Positions 62,235 through 64,000 of a stretch of DNA of 64,000 nt are shown one piece after another (within the stretch, counting starts at the first letter, position 1; each line of letters starts with the position of its first letter). This DNA is from Raja brachyura (Eukaryota). A program made the translations under genes and the position numbers. Under the pieces are notes generated by a model that saw nothing but the letters and a program-made list of their open reading frames with translations, made no database searches and was not told the DNA's origin. The stretch lies in assembly GCA_963514005.1 (NCBI GenBank), contig OY740805.1, positions 42,346,001 through 42,410,000 on the forward strand. The letters are read 5' to 3'.

Positions 62235-63289
62235 GCCTATCTCCTTCGCCGTCTGAACATCTCTCACCTGCCGTTCGCTGGCTTCGCTTATGTCAACCGC
62301 GCCCCGCAAATCCTTAAATTCCCACAGCCAAGTAACCTAAACTGGACCCGTGAACGCGCTGTCGGAATTTAAAGATTTGCGGGAAGCCGGCCGGCGAGCG
62401 GCAGGTGAGAGATGTTCAGACGGAGAGCACTGCCAGAGGTGAGTGGGGACCAGCAGAAGGGGCTGAAGTGGCAGGGTCCCGGCGGCCACTCGCAGTCACC
62501 CGAGCTGCTTCCTTCCGCGGAAGTGGCGGCCAGTTCTGCTGTCCATGCCCGGAGTGCTGCGGCTACCACCCGAGCTGATCCACTCCCCGGCCACAATAAA
62601 ACCATATGGCAATACAGCACGGGAACAGGCCATCTCGGCCCTTTTAGTCCGTGCCGAACATTTACTCTCCCCTAGTCCCATCTCACCTGCACTCAGACCG
62701 GAGCGTAGCAAGTGGGTTACTGACCCCGATCCCCTCCTTCACAACGCCAGACTGCCCAAACACTGTGAGCGGAGCTCTCCCCCCACCCCGGGAACTGCAG
62801 TATTTAAAAACATAAAGCACAAAGAAATGCACTTACCACATTATTGGTACATTAAGTCCATTCTCCATTTGTTTGCTAAGATACTATTAAAATAATGGCA
62901 ATCCATATTTGAACATCCCGCCAAGAAACTCGCGATGCGCATGCGCAGAAAGATGATGCACATGCGCAGTGCTGCAAAGGCAGAATTTCTGCTGCCTTCA
63001 GCTCCCATTGAATCTGACGGCTTCAGGCAGCGCTGACGGCACGGGGGCTGCACAGAGCTTCCCGTGTTACAAGCGCTGCGGGTGAAAGGCACGGAGAATG
63101 ATGCCTACCTAAGAGATCGATCTCTTAGACAGGCATCATTCTCCCATGCCTTTACTATTTATATTTAAAAATTGCCATTTCATAATTTTAGTCAGGGTAG
63201 GCAGTGCCTACCTTGCCTACCCTGACGGCACGTGCCTGATATATACACACACACACGCGCGCGCACACACACACATATATATATATTTA

Positions 63290-63572
63290 ATGAGAGAGAG
63301 GGGAGGGGGTGAGAGACCATGGGGGAGAGAGAGAGAAAAGAGAGAGAGGAGAGAAATGAGAGGAGAGAGAGAAATAAGAGAGAGAGAGAGAGCGGGATAG
63401 AGTGGGGGAGAGAGAGAGTGGAATGAGAGAGTGAGAAATGAGAGAGAGAGAGAGAGAGTGGGATAGTGAGGGAGAGAGTGGAATGAGAGAGAGTGAGAAA
63501 TGAGAGAGAGAGTGGGATAGTGAGGGAGAGTGAGAGAGAGACAGAGATAGATAGAGAGACAGATATGGAGAG
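63290..63572. repeat. (GA)n-rich low-complexity tract
   Basis: Visible directly. Confidence 0.85.
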
Positions 63573-64000
63573 ATTGTACTCTATCACACACGGCATCAGA
63601 CCGGTCTCTTCACACCGAAGATCCTACAGTTTGCTGCAGGAACTGTGCTTCACTCTCCACCACACGCGGCATCAGACCTCACGGTCACTTCACTCTGTCC
63701 GTCCGTCCGTCCCCGGGTCCAACCGCCAACCGTTTGAATTCCAACCGCCCAACCGCCGCCCCCTGACCACGTGACCGCTCGGCCCAGATCACGCCCGGTC
63801 CACGCGACAGTTGCAGCGCGACCACCCACTGTTGCCTGGCAACACGCCTCAGCCCCACGCTCACTCACGCTCACACACACACACACAGAGACACACTCAC
63901 ACACCCACACACAACTCACCCAGACACACACTCACGCACACATGCACTCACACAGACACACTCACGCACACATGCACTCACACAGGCACACACACACACA

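Larger units (their letters stand above)
61174..63238. mobile_element. Non-autonomous hAT-like element, copy 2
   Basis: TIR CAGGCACGTGCCGT at both ends; 8-bp TSD ATATATAC (61166-61173 and 63239-63246). Confidence 0.88.

Overview
Eukaryotic vertebrate DNA, most likely a cartilaginous fish such as a skate or ray. This is inferred from the repeat content: CR1 with (AAACATAG)n tails, HE1/V-SINEs and Penelope ends. Most of the window is nested transposable elements: CR1, Rex1/Babar, L1, Penelope remnants carrying hammerhead-ribozyme motifs, a Passport-like Tc1, a non-autonomous hAT family and a truncated Gypsy. Embedded in them is a butyrophilin-like (BTN/BTNL) cluster. On the + strand is the 3' half of an apparently intact gene: a TM exon, 33-, 27- and 27-nt phase-1 exons, and two tandem intact B30.2 (PRY-SPRY) exons 13 kb apart. 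The first B30.2 exon has a consensus in-frame splice donor just before its stop codon, so a double-B30.2 or alternative-B30.2 receptor is possible. On the - strand lie scrambled paralogous exons in the order TM, IgV, IgC, IgV, IgC; all four Ig exons carry a different inactivating lesion. Other notable structures are a three-level LINE stack inside an IgC exon, a near-intact full-length CR1 with 80-bp and 19-bp 5' tandem arrays, and a retrozyme-like cluster of minimal hammerheads inside an hAT element. Repeat boundaries are approximate unless a target-site duplication (TSD) is quoted. No alignments or database searches were run.
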